64,000 nucleotides of DNA from a bacterium (GCA_043765155.1 JAYUJP010000022.1:5077-69076); one strand, 5' to 3'. Positions 18,463-28,185 are shown, counted from the first letter of the stretch. Program-made: numbers and translations. Notes: generated by a model not told the origin, from the letters alone.

Positions 18463-19521
18463 ATGAACAACAAAGAACTTTTAAATATTTTAATATTAAC
18501 TCTTGTAAAAGAGTCGGGCTCAGACATACACTTGGTCACAAAGTCTAGTCCTATACTGCGTATACACGGAGAACTCATAACTGTGTCTAGGCTTGATATT
18601 TTAAAGTCATCTGATACCATAGATCTGCTACGAGAGATGACAAATGACAGCCAGTATCAAGACTTTGTTAATAATAAGCAATTAGACTTTTCTTATACGC
18701 ATGCAGGTGAGTATAGGTTAAGAGGTAACGCTTTTATGCAAAGCGGTGAGGTTACTATAACTCTAAGATTGGTCACAAAAGTTAAAACTATTTCTGATCT
18801 AAGCTTACCAAAAGAATTATTAGAATTTTCAGCCAAAAAGCAAGGTTTCTTTTTGGTGGTTGGTCCAGTGGGACAGGGTAAATCTACAACTATAGCAGCC
18901 ATGATAGACAATATAAATCAAAAAGAAAAGAGAATGATAATGACTATTGAGGATCCTGTAGAATATATACACGAGAACAAGAATAGTATAATAATGCAGC
19001 GTGAGGTAGGATTTGATGTTAATGATTTTAACTCGGGACTAATAGGGGCATTACGTCAGGACGTGGACGTTATATTTATAGGTGAGATGAGGGACTCAGC
19101 AACCATGAGCGCAGCAGTAACTGCGGCTGAGACAGGTCATCTTGTATTTTCTACACTGCACACTAACTCCGCTTCACAGACTATAGACAGAATTATAGAC
19201 TCTTTTCCTTCTGGTCAACAGGACCAAATACGCACTCAGCTAGCCTCGTCATTACTAGGTATATTTTCTCAGAGATTACTTCCAAAAGTTGGTGGTGGTC
19301 AAGTCCCTGTGTACGAACTTCTTGTTAGTAATACAGCGGTTCAGAATCTTATACGTGAAAAGAGAATATTTGAAATAGACAGAATTATAGAGACTGGCGG
19401 TGATATGGGTATGATAAGTTTTGATAGATGTCTAGCTGATTTAGTTAGAAAAGGTGAAGTGCCCCTTGATGAGGCTATGAAGTATGCGAAATACTCAAAA
19501 GTATTTGAGCAGATGATATAA
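18463..19521 (+). CDS. pilT: Twitching motility / pilus retraction ATPase PilT
   Basis: GPVGQGKSTT, IFIGEMRD..TGHLVFSTLHTN; PilT-length (352 aa). Confidence 0.9.
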   Translation: MNNKELLNILILTLVKESGSDIHLVTKSSPILRIHGELITVSRLDILKSSDTIDLLREMTNDSQYQDFVNNKQLDFSYTHAGEYRLRGNAFMQSGEVTITLRLVTKVKTISDLSLPKELLEFSAKKQGFFLVVGPVGQGKSTTIAAMIDNINQKEKRMIMTIEDPVEYIHENKNSIIMQREVGFDVNDFNSGLIGALRQDVDVIFIGEMRDSATMSAAVTAAETGHLVFSTLHTNSASQTIDRIIDSFPSGQQDQIRTQLASSLLGIFSQRLLPKVGGGQVPVYELLVSNTAVQNLIREKRIFEIDRIIETGGDMGMISFDRCLADLVRKGEVPLDEAMKYAKYSKVFEQMI

Positions 19522-19555
19522 AAAAGATAACAGCAACTAAAAAGTTTTTACAATT

Positions 19556-20764
19556 ATGAAATTTAAATACAAAGTATTTGGCCAAGATACAAGAATAAAA
19601 GAAGCCTATATAGACGAAATAAGCCGTGACAATGCTATATCAAAACTTCAGAGTGAGGGTAATATTATAATAGAAGTTACCGAGGCCCCAATAGATCTAG
19701 AGGACTCTATTTTTAAAAAGTATCAAAATAGAATATCTAACAAGGACCTAGTTATGTCAGCCAAACAATTAGCAACCCTAATTGGTGGCGGAGTAAATGT
19801 GCTCAAGGCTTTTAGATTACTTGCCAGTGAGTCAACTTCACCAGGTCTCGCCAATAGGTTCAAAATAATAGCTGAGGACATACAGTCTGGTATGCCCGTA
19901 TATAAGTCGATGGGAAGGCACACAGACATATTTGATAACTTTTTTATATCAATGGTGCACTCGGGTGAGGAGAGTGGTAAGCTAAAAGATACACTTAACT
20001 ACCTAGCTGACTTTTTAGAGCGTAATTACGAGTTAACCCAAAAAACCAAAAAGGCCCTTACTTATCCGATGTTTGTACTGGTAACCTTTTTTGTAGTTAT
20101 GATAATAATGACAGTATTTGTACTACCAAAATTAGCCGAAATGATAAGTAGCCAAGGCCAAGAGCTTCCAACCTTTACAAAGATAATAATGAGTTTTTCT
20201 AACTTTGTTATAAGCTATTGGTGGATGATAATACCGAGTATTTTTGCAGCGGGATATTATTTGCGTTCTTATGCAAGGACTGCGGACGGCTCAGCTTATT
20301 TTGATACTTTAAAATTAAAGATACCAATAATATCAGGACTATATAAAAAGCTATATCTTTCTCGCTTTGCGGATAATATAAATACCATGATATCAAGCGG
20401 CGTACCTATAGTGCAGGCACTGCAGATAACAAGTGAAGTGGTTGATAATTATGTATACAAAAAAGTATTTGAGAGAGTAGCTGAAAAGGTGCGTGATGGA
20501 AAGGTGCTGTCATTATCCCTTGCTGACGAGCCCCTAATTCCAAGTATTATGGTCCAGATGACGCGTATAGGTGAGGAGACTGGCGAGCTAGGTTATATGT
20601 TATCAAATGTAGCTAAATTTTATAAAAGAGAACTTGAGCAGACAATAGATTCAACCATAGCCCTCATCGAGCCGCTTATGATAGTTGTACTTGGCGGCTC
20701 AGTCGGTGTGCTGATGGCATCTATACTACTGCCTATATATAATATTGCGACAAATATACAGTAA
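19556..20764 (+). CDS. pilC: Type IV pilus platform protein PilC (GspF family)
   Basis: Two GspF repeats with three TM segments, about 400 aa. Confidence 0.9.
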   Translation: MKFKYKVFGQDTRIKEAYIDEISRDNAISKLQSEGNIIIEVTEAPIDLEDSIFKKYQNRISNKDLVMSAKQLATLIGGGVNVLKAFRLLASESTSPGLANRFKIIAEDIQSGMPVYKSMGRHTDIFDNFFISMVHSGEESGKLKDTLNYLADFLERNYELTQKTKKALTYPMFVLVTFFVVMIIMTVFVLPKLAEMISSQGQELPTFTKIIMSFSNFVISYWWMIIPSIFAAGYYLRSYARTADGSAYFDTLKLKIPIISGLYKKLYLSRFADNINTMISSGVPIVQALQITSEVVDNYVYKKVFERVAEKVRDGKVLSLSLADEPLIPSIMVQMTRIGEETGELGYMLSNVAKFYKRELEQTIDSTIALIEPLMIVVLGGSVGVLMASILLPIYNIATNIQ

Positions 20765-20788
20765 ATAAATATATTATCAAATATAAGT

Positions 20789-21208
20789 ATGGAAAATTTA
20801 GATCTCAAAAAAACATATCAAAAAGATTTTGATAGCTGGATAAAAATAAAAAAAGATATAGAAGATAGACAAAGAGTTGAAGCTTACAAGTACTCTATAT
20901 TCTGGTCTTCTTTTGGAGAGAATATTGGCTCTGAGGTCTGCGGCAAGGGTACATCTTTTTTGCGCCCTGTAGTTATCTTAAAAAAATTTGGTGAAAGATG
21001 TGTACTTGTAGCCCCGTTAAGTTCAAAAATAGACACTGATAAAAATAATATAAATATAAAGTTAGACTTTGAAGAAGGAGAAAGATGTGTTTTAATTTCT
21101 CAAATAAGAGTTTTGGATACTAAAAGGCTTTTTGACTATATGGGTAAAGTTAAGAAAGATAGCAGAGAAGATCTTAAAAATTCTTTTAACAAAATAGTTA
21201 AAATGTAG
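20789..21208 (+). CDS. MazF/PemK/EndoA-family endoribonuclease-like protein with a 40-aa N-terminal extension
   Basis: GSEVCGKGTSFLRPVVILKKFGERCVLVAPLSS... and ERCVLISQIRVLDTKRLFDYMGKV align with B. subtilis EndoA (GSEQGGVRPVLVI...SPTAIVAAITAQ...SVILLEQIRTIDKQRL). Confidence 0.6.
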   Translation: MENLDLKKTYQKDFDSWIKIKKDIEDRQRVEAYKYSIFWSSFGENIGSEVCGKGTSFLRPVVILKKFGERCVLVAPLSSKIDTDKNNINIKLDFEEGERCVLISQIRVLDTKRLFDYMGKVKKDSREDLKNSFNKIVKM

Positions 21209-21243
21209 CTAGCTATAAAGGTTAGCCGGTATATAAAAATCCT

Positions 21244-21270
21244 CCCCCCCTATTTTTAGATAGGGGGGGG
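21244..21270 (+). repeat. C7 / G8 homopolymer hairpin
   Basis: CCCCCCC-TATTTTTAGATA-GGGGGGGG; the only long G/C homopolymers in the window. Confidence 0.6.
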
Positions 21271-21394
21271 AAGTGCGATGATCAAGTCATCAATATATTT
21301 ATTATAGCAAATCAAAAATAAAAGTCAAGTGTTATTATTTTATAAGCTCCCTGTGTATAACTCACTAGTTATAACTTTTTTATGATAACTATTT

Positions 21395-21403
21395 TGTTAT
21401 AAT
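21395..21403 (+). promoter_or_regulatory. Extended -10 promoter TGTTATAAT for the major pilin
   Basis: Motif lies 80 nt upstream of the pilin ATG. An 18-bp palindrome TATAACT-CAC-TAGTTATA sits at 21357-21376. Confidence 0.45.
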
Positions 21404-21483
21404 ATGAGTATAATTAAAAAATAAATTAAAATATGTTAATACACAATTTAAAAAATAAAATCTCTAATCTTTTAAGAAGAAGT

Positions 21484-22095
21484 ATGAAAGGTGGTATGCG
21501 CGGATTTACATTACTCGAGCTAGTTATTGTTATAGCAATTATCGGTATACTTGCAGTTATAGTTCTACCTTCAATGCTAAGTGCCCTTTCAAAAGCTCGT
21601 GACGCTAAAAAAATGAGTGAGCTTAGGGGTATTCAATCTTTTTTGACAGTATCAGGTATAGACACTTCTTTAAGGTATCCAAAAGATACAACAGAACTGA
21701 AGCTTTGGTACGGATATAGAAAGGAAAGAGGTCCCGTTGCTTTGACTCAAACAGCTCCAGAATACAGATATGCGGGTATCGGCTGTGACACCACAGCAGG
21801 TGCTGTTAGAGTAGGGTCTGGCACATCTGATGCTACCACTTGTCAGTCTTATCAGTTGTGGACCGAGTTAGAAATAGATGCTGCTGCACTTCGTTTAGAC
21901 GCTGACCTTATTGGCGCCGCTGCTGGCACAGCATGTAGCGGTACTGGTACAGGTCCATGTGTTAATACTGGCGATATAGATGGATCTATTGTCATACCTA
22001 CAGGAGGTAAAGAAGGTAATCTAGAAGCTTGTACAAATAGGGCAGCCACAACAGCAAACACAACAGCAGACTGTGTATTTGATCTAGTGCCATAA
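21484..22095 (+). CDS. Type IV major pilin (prepilin)
   Basis: MKGGMRG|FTLLELVIVIAIIGILAVIVLP is a class III signal with Glu+5. The C-terminus is Ala/Thr/Gly-rich with 4 Cys. The longer upstream-extended ORF was rejected. Confidence 0.8.
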   Translation: MKGGMRGFTLLELVIVIAIIGILAVIVLPSMLSALSKARDAKKMSELRGIQSFLTVSGIDTSLRYPKDTTELKLWYGYRKERGPVALTQTAPEYRYAGIGCDTTAGAVRVGSGTSDATTCQSYQLWTELEIDAAALRLDADLIGAAAGTACSGTGTGPCVNTGDIDGSIVIPTGGKEGNLEACTNRAATTANTTADCVFDLVP

Positions 22096-22133
22096 TTTTT
22101 AGGATATAAATTTGTAATATAAAAATTATACAC

Positions 22134-22931
22134 ATGCTTACTATTTTATCTTTTATATATGGTGCGTCGCTAGGTTCATTTGCTAACCTCATAGCTGATA
22201 GGCTGCGTGTACGCACTATATTTAAGGATCGTAGTATGTGTCTGCATTGTGGTAAAAAGTTAACTTGGCGTGAGTTATTTCCCGTGCTCTCTTATCTGGT
22301 TCAGAAGGGTAAATGTTCTGGTTGCAAGTCAGATATATCTCAGATGTATTTCTGGTCTGAGATAGTGTGCGGATTACTTATAGCATTTTTGCCATTAGTT
22401 ATAACTCAATACGTGGACGTGGTTGCCAGCCCTGCTAATTTATTTTATGGTGTATTTCTATTTTTTGTTATATCAGCAAGCTTAGCATTATGTATAGCCA
22501 TAGCAATATATGACCTGCGCCATATGGTTGTACCATTTGAGCCGGCTATGGTCTTATTATCTATAGGGTTATTAGCCTCTATAGTAAGGCAATACATGCT
22601 CGGGTTTAACTTATACGACTTTTTTGCGGGCGCACTCGTCGCTGCTCCATTTGCATTTATGTACATACTATCAAAAGGCAAATGGGTTGGTATGGGGGAT
22701 GTGCTTATGTATGCAGCGCTTGGATTTGTGCTAGGGTTACCAATAGGAGCGACTACCTTCTTCTATTCAGTGTGGCTCGGATCTTTTATATCACTATTTT
22801 TACTTATAATGCATAAGAGAGAGTATAATCTAAAGTCAGAGATACCATTTACGCCGTTTATAATAATAGGAGCTATACTCGCTTTTTATACACATGCTGA
22901 TATACTTGGACTTTATGATATCTTGTATTAA
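22134..22931 (+). CDS. pilD: Prepilin peptidase PilD (A24 family)
   Basis: Zn-binding CLHCGKKL...CSGCKS tetracysteine motif, about 7 TM helices and conserved Asp residues. Confidence 0.85.
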   Translation: MLTILSFIYGASLGSFANLIADRLRVRTIFKDRSMCLHCGKKLTWRELFPVLSYLVQKGKCSGCKSDISQMYFWSEIVCGLLIAFLPLVITQYVDVVASPANLFYGVFLFFVISASLALCIAIAIYDLRHMVVPFEPAMVLLSIGLLASIVRQYMLGFNLYDFFAGALVAAPFAFMYILSKGKWVGMGDVLMYAALGFVLGLPIGATTFFYSVWLGSFISLFLLIMHKREYNLKSEIPFTPFIIIGAILAFYTHADILGLYDILY

Positions 22932-23640
22932 AAATAATCTAAAAAAATATTTTAATTGTAAAAATCTTTGTAAAAATTATAAAGGATTCACTTTGGTAGA
23001 AGTCGTAGTAACAGTAGCTATATTTTCTATTATAGCGACCATAACATATACTTCTTATCCTAATGCCAACAACATATTATCTTATAATATAACAGTACAA
23101 GAAGTAGTGAGTAGGGTAAAAGATGCCCAGATATACGGCTCTAGCGCCGGAGTAGACAGTGTATCTGGTGAGGATTATAAGGGGGCTGGATTATTTTTTG
23201 AGACAGATATTGTTAACTCTAAATATATAACAGAATTTTTAGACTTATCTACTAAAATAAGTGACTTAGCTGTAAAAGATAGCAATAAATATTATGATGA
23301 CCTGTCTGCTGCTAATCCAGACAAGATAAGCTCACAAGATAGTATTAAAAATAATGTGATAATAAGTAAGCTGTGCGTGAAGTCTACAGGCGCAGGAATA
23401 ATAGATTGTAGCCCTACTCAATTGTCTGTCACATATATAAGACCAGACACTCAGGCTAATATTACAAACATGGTTGCTGAGCCAGATACGATAAATAATC
23501 CTAATCTAAGTGGTAAAAAAGCTTTTGATATAGGCTATATAGAATTAAAATCAAATGTTATAAGAAGCGGTGAAAACTTGAGATGTATACAAGTATATAA
23601 AAATGGACAAGTTAATGTCAAAAAAGAAGCTTGCCAGTAA
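22915..23640 (+). CDS. Minor pilin / pseudopilin
   Basis: ...KNYKG|FTLVEVVVTVAIFSIIATI prepilin N-terminus. Confidence 0.7.
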   Translation: MISCIKNNLKKYFNCKNLCKNYKGFTLVEVVVTVAIFSIIATITYTSYPNANNILSYNITVQEVVSRVKDAQIYGSSAGVDSVSGEDYKGAGLFFETDIVNSKYITEFLDLSTKISDLAVKDSNKYYDDLSAANPDKISSQDSIKNNVIISKLCVKSTGAGIIDCSPTQLSVTYIRPDTQANITNMVAEPDTINNPNLSGKKAFDIGYIELKSNVIRSGENLRCIQVYKNGQVNVKKEACQ

Positions 23641-23691
23641 GTTTACTTATTTTAAAATATAAAATATAAATTAATATAAAAGTATAAATAC

Positions 23692-24276
23692 ATGAGAAAA
23701 AAATTATTAAATCTAAATAAAAAATATAAAAACTCTATCAGTAATATTAATAGTATGCGAGGTTTTTCACTTATAGAGTTACTTGTATCTATAACCCTTT
23801 TTACTTTTGTTGCCCTTGTTGCTATTGCCTCATTAGTGTCTACTCAGCAGCTTAATAGTAGACAAAAAGCGATTAATAATCTCTACAGTAATATGTACTT
23901 TTCAACTGAGGAGATAGCGCGCGAGCTCAGGCAGGGGAGTGGATACTCTAATACTGCAGGAGCTATGCAGTTCACTCCTTATCAGCCGAACGCCTCATCT
24001 TTTTATAAAGTTAAATACTTTCTAAATGCTAGCGGGGCTATAGAAAAGTCTAATAATTCTGCTAACTCTTCAATATTTGTGTCAGAGGGTAATCTTACCA
24101 ATGATAATATTACAATAACAGATTTAAAATTTGAGATTATTGGCGGTGGTAATTTTACTAGTGATGATAGGCAGCAGCCGAGTGTCAAGATTTTTATAAA
24201 AGGAGAGACAAAAGAAAAGCCATTTGTTAAATTTCAGCTTGAGGACTTTATAACTCAGCGTGACACAGATCAGTAA
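23692..24276 (+). CDS. Minor pilin / pseudopilin
   Basis: SMRG|FSLIELLVSITLFTFVALV. An alternative start at 23755 would give the leader MRG. Confidence 0.7.
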   Translation: MRKKLLNLNKKYKNSISNINSMRGFSLIELLVSITLFTFVALVAIASLVSTQQLNSRQKAINNLYSNMYFSTEEIARELRQGSGYSNTAGAMQFTPYQPNASSFYKVKYFLNASGAIEKSNNSANSSIFVSEGNLTNDNITITDLKFEIIGGGNFTSDDRQQPSVKIFIKGETKEKPFVKFQLEDFITQRDTDQ

Positions 24277-24311
24277 AATAAACTAACAGGTCATAATACT
24301 AAATAAAAAAT

Positions 24312-25007
24312 ATGCAAATAAAATTTTTAAATATAAATAATATAAAATCTAAAACTTACATAAGAGGGGTAAGTCTACTTAATATGCGCGGCTTTACCCT
24401 GGTAGAGTCACTAATGGCTATACTTATACTCACTACTGCGATAATAGCCCCATTATCTCTTGCTATGCAGACACTCAGATATAGCAAGATAGCAACTGAG
24501 AAAATAGAAGCTACCTATATGGCTGAGGAGGCGATAGAAATGATTTATAATGTAAAGAAGAGCGCGGAGGTATACTGTTCAGATCCTGCCTCACCATCTG
24601 CTATATGCACTAACTATTTTACTGATTATTTTTTGGATCAGAATAATTTATCAGAAAATGTAATAGATACAAAATGTTTTGGTTTTGCTATTGGTGGAAT
24701 AAAAAGATTTTGTAACTTTGATATTAGTAATATTGTATACGCATCTGATAAGACAACCAAGCTTAAAAATATAGATTCTACATCTGTGTATTTACTTAAA
24801 AATGATAGTGGCCTCTCATCAGCAACAAATGCTAAGAATAACTTTAAAAGGAGTGTTAATATAACTCAGACAGACTTTAATTCTTTCGGCCAACTGTCTA
24901 ATTCAAATAGCATATTAGTTACTAGTATAGTCTGTACCAGAGAAGAGGGAGAATGTGATGAAAATAGTCAAAATAAAGTAATATTACAAAGCTTAATAGC
25001 TAGGTAA
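24312..25007 (+). CDS. Minor pilin / pseudopilin
   Basis: NMRG|FTLVESLMAILILTTAII. Its 5' region is duplicated in the next gene (MQIKFL...). Confidence 0.7.
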   Translation: MQIKFLNINNIKSKTYIRGVSLLNMRGFTLVESLMAILILTTAIIAPLSLAMQTLRYSKIATEKIEATYMAEEAIEMIYNVKKSAEVYCSDPASPSAICTNYFTDYFLDQNNLSENVIDTKCFGFAIGGIKRFCNFDISNIVYASDKTTKLKNIDSTSVYLLKNDSGLSSATNAKNNFKRSVNITQTDFNSFGQLSNSNSILVTSIVCTREEGECDENSQNKVILQSLIAR

Positions 25008-25025
25008 AATAAAAAATAAAAAAGT

Positions 25026-25727
25026 ATGCAAATAAAATTTCTAAAATTAAATATAAATTATGCAAGTAACTTTTCTTTAGAAAGAGAAAATAAAACAAGT
25101 GCTATGCGCGGCTTCACTCTCGGTGTTGCTATGATAATAATGGGTATACTGGTCACTATATCAATAGGTATGAGCACTTTACTCCTCAAGGATTTAAAAC
25201 TTGTGAGCGTAACAGAAAAAAGTAGCATAGCGTATAATATAGCCGACTCTATATTAGCCTGCGCCACTAGTTATGAGAATCATATTAGATATATTAACCC
25301 TTCAGGAGTAGATGACACAGGAATATTTCCAACCTCTACTCAGTATAATTATGGTTCAAATTATAAAGAAAATTATACAACTGTTAATACAGATAATCAA
25401 TTAAGTTTCGATAAAAGTAGTATAAAGTGTTTTGATCAGGAAATATTGGACGAAATAAACTCTGACCCTAAAAATATTACAAAAGTCATGGCTATTAATA
25501 ATATAGATGCTGACCGAGAAAATGATGGTCCAAGTAATTATGCTGGGGGGGTAAAGACTATTGTAAGGGTGCAGACTGATTATATGAAAAGTAATTTGCG
25601 TGACGCATGCGCCGAGGTAGAAATATACTCTATAGTTTCTCAGGATAAACTCTTGGTAGCAAAGGGTAAAGTCCCATGTACCGGACCCAAAATAATTGAA
25701 AAGGTTATAGTTAAAAGCGTGCAGTAA
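25026..25727 (+). CDS. Minor pilin-like protein (atypical, no Glu+5)
   Basis: AMRG|FTLGVAMIIMGILVTISIG. It is a paralog of the preceding gene with the same MQIKFL N-terminus. Confidence 0.6.
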   Translation: MQIKFLKLNINYASNFSLERENKTSAMRGFTLGVAMIIMGILVTISIGMSTLLLKDLKLVSVTEKSSIAYNIADSILACATSYENHIRYINPSGVDDTGIFPTSTQYNYGSNYKENYTTVNTDNQLSFDKSSIKCFDQEILDEINSDPKNITKVMAINNIDADRENDGPSNYAGGVKTIVRVQTDYMKSNLRDACAEVEIYSIVSQDKLLVAKGKVPCTGPKIIEKVIVKSVQ

Positions 25728-25749
25728 TATTTTATTTATATTAAAAAAG

Positions 25750-25758
25750 TGTTATAAT
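25750..25758 (+). promoter_or_regulatory. Extended -10 promoter TGTTATAAT
   Basis: Motif lies 21 nt upstream of the ligA ATG. Confidence 0.4.
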
Positions 25759-25779
25759 ATATACATATATTATATACTA

Positions 25780-27846
25780 ATGACAAAAATAGAAGCTAAA
25801 AATAGAATAGAAATACTAAGCTTGGAGCTAGAAAAACATAGAGTATCATATCATGTTAATGACTCGCCCGCTATAAGTGATGAGATTTATGATTCTCTTA
25901 TGAGCGAGTTATCTAGATTAGAAGTAGAGTATCCAGAATATAATAGCAGTACTAGTCCGACCAAAAGAGTGGGAGGAGAAGTGTTGGATAAATTTGAAAA
26001 AGTCACCCACGCTTTTCCGCAGTGGAGTTTTGATAATGTTTTTAATTTTGAAGAATTAGAAGAGTGGAACACTCGTAATAAAAAAATTATAGATAAATTA
26101 GAAAATAAAAATGACATCACATATAATCCTAGCTATATGTGTGAGATGAAAATAGATGGGTTAAAAGTTATATTAACTTATAAAAGTGGCGCGCTATCGC
26201 GCGCCGCCACTCGCGGCGACGGTGTAATGGGTGAGGACATAACAGAAAATGTAAAAACTATAAAGTCCATACCGTTAATTTTAAAAGATAAAACAGACGT
26301 TACAGTAGTAGGTGAATGTTGGTTAGAAAAGTCTGAGCTGATTAAAATAAATAATGAGCAAAAAAATCTCGGACTAAAAGAATATGCTAATACGCGCAAC
26401 CTGGCAGCTGGTACGTTACGCCAGCTTGACCCAAAAATAGTAGCTAAGAGAAATCTAAAAATATTTGCTTATCGTGTAGAGTCTCATACTCCAGAAATCG
26501 TTCAAGAAGCTTTTGATTATATGGACAAATTAAACACTCAAGAAAAAGTATTAAAATTTTTAGAGGAGCTAGGATTTTTAGTTAACAGGGAGAGAAAACT
26601 ATGTAAAAATCTAAAACAGGTGCAGCAATATTATGAGTCACAAGTTAACAAAAGAAATAGTTATGAGTATGGTGTTGATGGTATGGTTATAAAAATAAAT
26701 GAAAATAAGATTTGGGACGAATTAGGTTATACAGCCAAAAGCCCAAGAGCGGGAGTCGCTTATAAGTTTCCAGCTGAAGAGGCAGCTACTATTATTGAGA
26801 GTGTGATATTTCAAGTAGGTAGGACGGGGGCAATAACGCCTGTTGCTAATCTGCGCCCAGTACTACTAGCTGGGTCTACTGTCTCGCGTGCTACACTGCA
26901 TAATCAGGATGAAGTAAATAGACTGGGGGTCAAAGTACATGATACTGTTATGCTACGCAAAGCAGGGGATGTGATACCAGAGATATATGAAGTGGTGTTA
27001 AGCTTGCGTGATGAAAACAAATCACAAGATATTATCTTTCCAAAAAATTGCCCAGTATGTAAAAGTGTACTCATAAAAAGAGTAGTCGGAAAAGAAGAGG
27101 GTGTAAAAATATTTTGTGATAATAGTGAATGCGAAGCTAAGCATATAGAAAACCTTATACATTTTGTCAGCAAAAAAGCTATAAATATAGATGGCATGGG
27201 GCAAAAAATAATAGAGGAATTTTGCACATTAGGAATTGTAACTGATTATGCTAGTATATATAATCTTAAAATAAGTGACATAGAAAATCTTTTTGGTTAT
27301 GGACTAAAAAGCGCAGAGAATATAATAAGCAGTATAGATAAGAGTAGAGAGGTAAAATTAAATAATTTTATTTACTCTCTGGGTATACTGAGTGTGGGCG
27401 AGACTACTGCTAAGGATCTGGCTAAGTATTTTGTGGACCTAGCCGCGCTTCGCGCGGCTACAATTGAGAATATAATCCCTATTCCTAACATGGGCCCAGT
27501 TACAGCCAAAAATATATTTGAATATTTTAGAGACAAAAAAAATATAGATAAACTAGAAAGATTACTCAAAGAGATAAAAATAGAAAATGCTCAGCCTATT
27601 TTTAGCCAAACAAGTAAAATATTAGATAGTAAAACTTTTGTAATAACAGGATCTTTTGCTATATCTCGTGACTTTTTAAAAGATAAAATAGAAAGGAGTG
27701 GGGGGCGAGTTTCTGGATCTGTCTCGTCTAAGACTAATTATCTGCTAGCTGGCGATAATGCTGGGTCAAAATTATCAGATGCTGAAAAGCTAAATATAAA
27801 AATAATTAATGAGGAAGACTTTCTAAAAATGTTAGGAGAGTTATAA
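25780..27846 (+). CDS. ligA: NAD-dependent DNA ligase
   Basis: Adenylation motif CEMKIDGLKV (KxDG), OB fold, Zn finger Cys cluster (CPVCKS...C..C), HhH, and C-terminal BRCT (FVITGSF). Confidence 0.95.
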   Translation: MTKIEAKNRIEILSLELEKHRVSYHVNDSPAISDEIYDSLMSELSRLEVEYPEYNSSTSPTKRVGGEVLDKFEKVTHAFPQWSFDNVFNFEELEEWNTRNKKIIDKLENKNDITYNPSYMCEMKIDGLKVILTYKSGALSRAATRGDGVMGEDITENVKTIKSIPLILKDKTDVTVVGECWLEKSELIKINNEQKNLGLKEYANTRNLAAGTLRQLDPKIVAKRNLKIFAYRVESHTPEIVQEAFDYMDKLNTQEKVLKFLEELGFLVNRERKLCKNLKQVQQYYESQVNKRNSYEYGVDGMVIKINENKIWDELGYTAKSPRAGVAYKFPAEEAATIIESVIFQVGRTGAITPVANLRPVLLAGSTVSRATLHNQDEVNRLGVKVHDTVMLRKAGDVIPEIYEVVLSLRDENKSQDIIFPKNCPVCKSVLIKRVVGKEEGVKIFCDNSECEAKHIENLIHFVSKKAINIDGMGQKIIEEFCTLGIVTDYASIYNLKISDIENLFGYGLKSAENIISSIDKSREVKLNNFIYSLGILSVGETTAKDLAKYFVDLAALRAATIENIIPIPNMGPVTAKNIFEYFRDKKNIDKLERLLKEIKIENAQPIFSQTSKILDSKTFVITGSFAISRDFLKDKIERSGGRVSGSVSSKTNYLLAGDNAGSKLSDAEKLNIKIINEEDFLKMLGEL

Positions 27847-27874
27847 AATATAAGTTTTGTCTGAGATATTTTTA

Positions 27875-27883
27875 TGTTATAAT
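27875..27883 (+). promoter_or_regulatory. Extended -10 promoter TGTTATAAT
   Basis: Motif lies 20 nt upstream of the gatC ATG. Confidence 0.4.
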
Positions 27884-27903
27884 ACTTGTAATAAATTAAA
27901 AAT

Positions 27904-28185
27904 ATGATCACCACAGAAAATATGTTATATCTAGAAAATCTTGTAAAAGTAAGACTAGACGCAGAAACAAGAGAAAAGTACAGACTTCAGATGGGAAGTA
28001 TTTTAGATTATGTCCAAGAGATAACAAGTTTAGACCTTGGTGATGTAATTCCTGATCATACGCATAAGAATATTTACAAAAATGACATAGTAGACCAGGA
28101 TACAGATCATATAAAGAGAGCATTAGCAAATGCGCCTGACAAAATAGGTAATCTCTATAAAGTGGCTCAGGTTATAAAGCAGTAA
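27904..28185 (+). CDS. gatC: Asp/Glu-tRNA amidotransferase subunit C
   Basis: 93 aa; VKVRLDAETREKYRLQMGSILDYVQEI matches the GatC pattern, directly upstream of gatA. Confidence 0.75.
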   Translation: MITTENMLYLENLVKVRLDAETREKYRLQMGSILDYVQEITSLDLGDVIPDHTHKNIYKNDIVDQDTDHIKRALANAPDKIGNLYKVAQVIKQ

